Shown here piece after piece: positions 58,044 to 64,000 of a stretch of 64,000 nucleotides of DNA. The translations under genes and the position numbers were made by a program. Location: the NCBI GenBank assembly GCA_040357565.1, contig JBDODJ010000008.1; one strand, 5' to 3'. Under the pieces are notes generated by a model, which ran no database searches, had not been told where the DNA came from, and saw only the letters and a list, made by a program, of their open reading frames with translations. Source of the DNA: Cercozoa sp. M6MM (lineage: Eukaryota > Protista > Endomyxa: Ascetosporea). Position 1 is the first letter of the stretch; each line of letters begins with the position of its first letter.

Positions 58044-61000
58044 ATGGTGTCCCCTTTTGTGCATGAGTCGAGGACCGATCGCGATGATCGCGCTGTTGTT
58101 TTATCGTGAAATGTGTGGTTTGCGGGAACAGGACGCGACGTCGACACCGATAAAATCGGGCATGCTCGGCGTGCGTTTCGAGAGGTAAGTTTTCCCTTTC
58201 TTATATGTTGATATGCACGTATGTGGATATTCTGCTTTCGTCTTTGTGCAGCGAGCACCGTCCGAACAGAAAAGAGAAGTGGAAACGACGCTACGTTGAG
58301 CTGCGTAGCAATGGAAGGTGACTTTTCTCAAAGGTTGATATCGTAGTCGAAATAGACGGTGTGTGTTTGCAGTCTGCAATACTTTCGAGTGCCAAAGTTT
58401 CTGCATTCACTGCTGCACGTGCGCAAGAGCAAGGAGGAGGTATCCGGACTTTCTTTTAAAACTGGATCTGGGCCTTGACTGTACCTGTCGGCTCGGATGT
58501 TTTTGTGTGGCTATGGGCTCAGTTACTGGGCGCGACGTTTCTGTCGGACGCCGTTGTGTTCGGCGAACAGGCGCCGCCGATCTCACGCAAGAACAAATCC
58601 TTCGCGTAGCGTTCTTGCCCCCCTCCCCCTACCTCTTTACCCTCTCACTCCTCCCAACAGATCGAGGAAGGAGAAGAAAGTAGTGAGTGAGTTGCGCTAC
58701 CCGTTCACCGTCATGGTTGGTACAACAATCGCATTCTGCTCTCCCTTTACACCCCCCCCCCCCCGTAGGCACGGACGGTCTGGTGCGTCTCTCTGCATGC
58801 AGTGCCTCTGATCGCAAGGTATTGTGTCGCTACTACAGGTGTACCTGGTGTGTCAAAACAAGTGTGTTTGTGTAGGAGTGGGTGGCGGCACTTAAGGCCA
58901 TCATCGAGCGCTATCGGCAGCAGCAGGAGACTCCCAAGACACCGCGCAAACAAAAGTCCACCGACGACGAGAGGTTTGTTTCACCCCCTCCTTACCCCCC
59001 CCCCCCTACTTGCCTTGCCCCTTGTCCCTACTTGCCCCTGCACGTAGACCAACCTGGGAGATTCCGTTCGAGAAACTAACCTTCCTGAACAAGGTACCTA
59101 CCTTACCCTGCATTAGGCTATTTACCCCTCTCCCTCCGACAGATCGGTGAAGGCGTGTTCGGCGAGGTGTATCACGCTGAGTTATGGGGCACCTCAGTCG
59201 CAGTCAAGATGCTCAAAGGCAGCAAGGTGTTACCTTTCTACCCCTACCCTTACCCTTACCCTTACCCTTACCCCCTTGACCTCACCACGTAGGACTACCT
59301 GGACATTGACGCCAAGACACTGCAAGAGCTGCAGCAGGAGGTACATATCGGTGTTCCCCTTAATAAACGCCTGCACCCTTAAGTATTCCAGGCCGCTATT
59401 CTGCAAATGTTGCGTCATCCGCATGTCATGCTGTACATGGTATCTGATCTCTTAATATTTGTCCATTTGTACCAGTCTTTACTTCCTGTACTTAAGGGTG
59501 CCTCTTTGGAGCCTCCAAACGTTTGCATGGTCACTGAGTGTACTCTTTGCTCGCTTGCACCTTGGTATATCGCCATTCACCCCTTATATCCTCTGTGTTG
59601 TGAAGGGTGCGAGCGAGGCAACTTGTTCGACTTGCTGCATCGGTCTTTGACACCGCTGTCGTTCGCGACCATGCTGCGCATGATGAAGGAGATCGCGCGC
59701 GGCATGAACTACTTGCACAGGTGCGTCTCTGACTCTCTTCTCTCCCCGGTCTACTCTTTACCCCCCCCCCTCCCCAGTCTGCCACGAAAGATCATCCACC
59801 GTGATCTCAAGTCGCACAATTTGTTGGTACTTTTTGTCCCCTTAAATAAAAAGGATACTCCCTTAACTAAAACGGAGTACAGGTGGACGGCAATCTGGTC
59901 GTTAAGATCGCCGATTTTGGACTGAGTCACGTGCGTCAACGCGTGCAAACAATGACGCTGCGTCGACTGAGATCCGACAGTATTGGCTGCTTTAGGGGGC
60001 CGGCGGCCCGTCCCCTGTTACCTTTCGTCTTGTACCCCGGTAGAAACGGACTACCTGACGTCGCATAAGGGACACTACGGCATCCGCGGCACGCCTGAGG
60101 TACAATTGTACCTGTTCCTTGTGTTGTTAAAGGGGTGATTGTTGTTAAAGTGGATGGCACCCGAGATGCTACAAGACAAGAAGTACAACCACATGGTCGA
60201 CGTCTACTCGTACGGCATCGTGCTGACCGAGATTGTCACGGTACCTGTTTCTCTCTCTCTTAACAAACACATAAATCAGATTATCCATATGGACGGTACC
60301 ATATGGACGGTACCAGAAGAGTGTGTACAAATGTGTACGCAGAGACAGCTGCCGTTCCGACATCGGTACAACATCAAGCGCGTTGTCGACGTGATCCAGG
60401 TCGTGCTGGAGAAACGCGAGATGCCTTACATTCCGCCTTGGTACCCTGCTGCCTTGCCACTACCTCATATGCCTGCCTGCCTTGGACGTGCTTGTTGGAT
60501 GTATCAACAGGTGTGGCACCAAGATTTCGCACCTCATTCACGCCTGCTTAAATCACGAGCCATCGCAGCGACCCTCCTTTGCGCAGATCATTCAGGTATA
60601 GGGCCGTTTTGCCCCTTTTATACCTGTACCCTATTACCCCCTCCCGCCTGTCTCGTTGGCAGATGCTCGAGGATTGGTTTGGATTGGCCGAGTCACGTCA
60701 ACTGTTCGAGACTTACGACTTGCCGCGACTGCACCACATGCTGAATTCGTACCAGGCAGCCTTCGCTCAATAGGGTGGCTACAAACTTGTCCTGCACTGT
60801 AGGGGTCATACTCGCATCCTGCAACTCGCACTGACTGAGCTCGCCGAGATGAATCGAGGCAGTGCGATTGAAACTTTCTTCATGGTACTGTGACCTGTCT
60901 TCCCCAACTTGTCTGGTGCGTAGACTGGTGTGTAAACTCGTCGCATGTGTAGGTCTCGGACAAGTTCGACACGAGCACACTGCACACATACTCGTAGTGT

Positions 61001-63797
61001 TTCTGAACTTCTTTTTTGTGAATTTTTGCACCTGAATGTTCTGCAGCGGAATCGGCTCGCCACGTCGTCGCCGAAACAAGCCAGGCCGCTCACATTCCAC
61101 GGTTCTAATGTTTTAAAAATTCGACTCGCTGCCCCCTTAAATCTTAAATTCTACAGGCCACGACCAACACGACAGAGTACGCCTACAGCAGCGAGGACAG
61201 CGACAGTGTATCCTGCCCTGTGCTGACGGTTTGTGGGAGTGCCTCAACATGTGTATGAAATGTTTGTGCCCTGCAGGAACTAAGCAGCTGTCTCGAGAGT
61301 GACAGCAGCGAGGACGACGATGAAGAGGCGCAGCAGGTGCTTTGAGTGTTTGTGTGACGTGTGTGGAGCATTTTACCTTTTGATCTTTAGCGTCGCTGGG
61401 CGCTGCAACGCGAACTGGTTGTCTTTGCCCGCGAGATCGCGTCTCTTCTTGTGCACAGGTGTGTCGCTTTTTGGCTTTTTCGTTTGTTCTGTTAGGGAAA
61501 CGCTTCTTCTGTTAGGGACGACAAGATCCGCGAATTAGCCGCGCGTGCTTTGGTACCTTCACATGGTTAAAACACGTCAAAGCTACCCTGATTTGTGGCA
61601 TGGCATGATAGGCGAGACTGCTCGAAGTAGCCAAAAAGAGCATGCCGGTACAAATGTGCTCAGTTCTTGTATTCGCATAGGTGCACTCGATTGTTTAGGA
61701 CCGGCTGGCGGAGGTCACGGAACTCGTTCGTCACTCTGGCAATGGGTACGATCAGTGTTCTACTTGTGCATTAGTATTTAGGTGGCATAAATGCGCAGAC
61801 GCGGCTGCGGCTTCCTGCTCTCGCTTCTTCGCTCGCGTCGTATGTCCTTGTGTGTGTGTTAAAGGGAAAGAAAGCTGTTCCAACTGTTTTTGTTTTCTGA
61901 ACATGACAGGAAGCGATGTGCGAAGCGCTGCCAAGACTGTTTTGGATGAGGTTAGTGTCTTCACTTTCTGTTGCTTCCTTCCTGCTGACTTTTCCACCGC
62001 GCACAGGTGAGTACGCACCTGCCGCAACTGCCTACAAACGAAGAAGGCAAATACGAGTTGCTGCACCTGGTAACCTGTCTCGTTGTGTATGTTGTTAAAC
62101 GATTAGATACGTGGGTACGCAGGACCTCGGACTGTCGGCCGATGCGCTCGGAATGACGCAGTTGTCGATGCTGTAACTTGCTCCCCTTTTTGCCTTTCCT
62201 TTTGGCCTTTCCTTTTTGCCTTTCCTTCCTTACCCCCTTCCCCGTGTGTCAGTGCCAATATGGTGGACACAGAAGTGCTGCAGCTGGAGCGACGTATGTC
62301 AAAGGCTTTGCTGGTGGTCCCTCTTGTACTCCCTTGTTTTACTTCTAGGTATTGCGCGAATGACGGCATCGCTGTTGCAAAAGAGTAAGACTGGATCTCG
62401 TACCTGTAGTGCCCCTGTGCAAACAAGTTTGTTCGTGCAGGGATACTTTCACGGGCCGTGCATGCCTCCACTGCCAAGTAACCTTGTACTTGGGTTCTGT
62501 ATCTGGACAAGTTGTTTGTGGATAGGATCCGGCACTCGCTGCATGCGCGCGACAAGGACGAAGTGTAGCCTTCTTGTTTACAGGCTGTCTCTTGTGAACC
62601 CTGATTATCCTGGACCACCCTTGCAGGAGACAGCTCTCGCGGCACCACCGGCGTCGCTCGCTGGGCGGTCGTGCTCCTCCCAGGTGTGTTCACTCTGGCG
62701 TTTCTCCTATCTCTGTTGACTCTTTGATGCATCTGCGCGGCTGACGCAGGTCAGAGGAGAGAACGCATCGCCCGCAACGTCGCATGCGACGCAATGGTAT
62801 TGCGGTTCTCGAATCTGCTTGCTCCTGAATATGTCCGTACCTTGCAGTCGGTCGACAAACGATGCCTGCTGCCGTGTTTGCTGCTGGTACTGGCATCTTT
62901 ACCCCCCCCCCCCCCGTTACCCTACCTAACCCTCCTGCAGCCATTGAGAAGCACCTGGACGACAGCAGACGCGAAGTGTTCACACCAGAGCCGAATTATC
63001 AGGGCAACTCGCGGCTCTTGCTGCGACAGGCGAGTTCCGACCAGTTGCCAGACCAGATGTAGGATACTTGTCTCGTGCGTGTCGTGTGTGCCCCCTGTCT
63101 AAGCTGTGTCGTTTGCAGAGATGAAGTCGTTAGCACTGACAGCGAGACGGAGCAGCGTCTCTCGGATAGGAATAGTCACAGCAATAGCAACCTCAACAAG
63201 GACACGGACAGGCCCGCTCTTGCTGACGCCGCTGATGCTGCTTTGTCCAGTCACAGCGAACAGCGACCCCTTTCTTCTGGCGTGGTACAATGTGTCTTTG
63301 CCCCCCCCCCCCCCGCCAGTCCATAAGGTCACTATCCAGTCCTCGACCTCAACGACGGCGACATCGCAGAAAAACGCGACGGCCGCAGCCAGTGCGCACG
63401 ACATGCTCGAGATGGACATGGCCGATATCTTTGCGCCACCTGATGAGGCTGGTAACTCTATCTCCCATCACCCCCCCCCCCCCCCTTCCGTAAAGCGTCC
63501 TATTGCAAGCAGCCCCGTGCTCGACCTCGTCTGTATCGGTGTCGATCCCGGCAACCCTGTCCTCGGGCGAACTCGGCAGCGTCTGCAGTGGCGGTACTTT
63601 TATTTTTGAGACGTGCTCCCGCCCGTTTGGGATATCTTCTTCTTGACAGGCGCACTCAGCAGTGGCGCCGAGAGCATCGACGAACTGGTGCACGGCCCTC
63701 GCGTGCGCAGTGTTATGTCACGCCGCTTAGTGTAAAGGCGTTAGTTTGTCTTAATTTCCATGACTGGTTGTAGCTGCATGATGAACTTGCGCAGTAA
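58044..63797 (+). CDS. PH-like domain + TKL (Raf/MLK-like) protein kinase with a long C-terminal extension
   Basis: PH-like [26 protein letters not shown]; kinase [77 protein letters not shown] (59050-60600). Exons continue to LHDELAQ-TAA(63797); both ends are approximate. Confidence 0.85.
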
Positions 63798-64000
63798 GGT
63801 TGGTATTTTTAAAACTGCGTCCACAGTACAGAAAGCAACGAGGACGGACTCGGTCAAGTCGGGCATGGACAGGACGGATAGGCCGGCAGGCGGACAGAAA
63901 GCCTAACCACGACTGACTGACCAGTTTTCTTCTGTTAAATTAGCGTAGCGTAGGTGTTACTGCGGCTCAATGGCCCAATCAGTAAGGGAAAGGAGAGACT

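Overview
Eukaryotic (protist-like) genomic DNA in the standard genetic code, gene-dense and extremely intron-rich, with mostly ~50-60 nt GT-AG introns. The ORF track is therefore largely misleading and all gene models below were spliced by hand. About 20 genes: an inverted pair of paralogous single-pass membrane proteins, a cyclin-box + RRM (+ possible SPOC) protein, UTP11, methylmalonyl-CoA mutase, a signal-peptide-bearing atypical kinase with a Gly/Tyr tail, an orphan with a signal-like N-terminus, a cytochrome b5-fused desaturase, an Rpp21/Snm1-like protein, two hypotheticals, PEX12, 3' fragments of an AGC kinase and PIG-B facing away from an assembly gap, FAD synthase, a phosducin-like TXNDC9, a chimeric tRNA-Leu-like pseudogene, a very large signal-peptide/SD-repeat/RING protein, syntaxin-18, a kinesin-4-like motor and a PH-TKL kinase. 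The most notable observations are (1) the candidate secreted kinase and secreted RING protein, which look effector-like, (2) a cyclin-RRM-SPOC-like fusion with ARS2-binding-type motifs, and (3) an unusual splicing code: donors lack +5G and favour GTAY, and some genes carry sense-strand TACCCC-rich introns. All calls come from motif recognition by eye; no searches were run.
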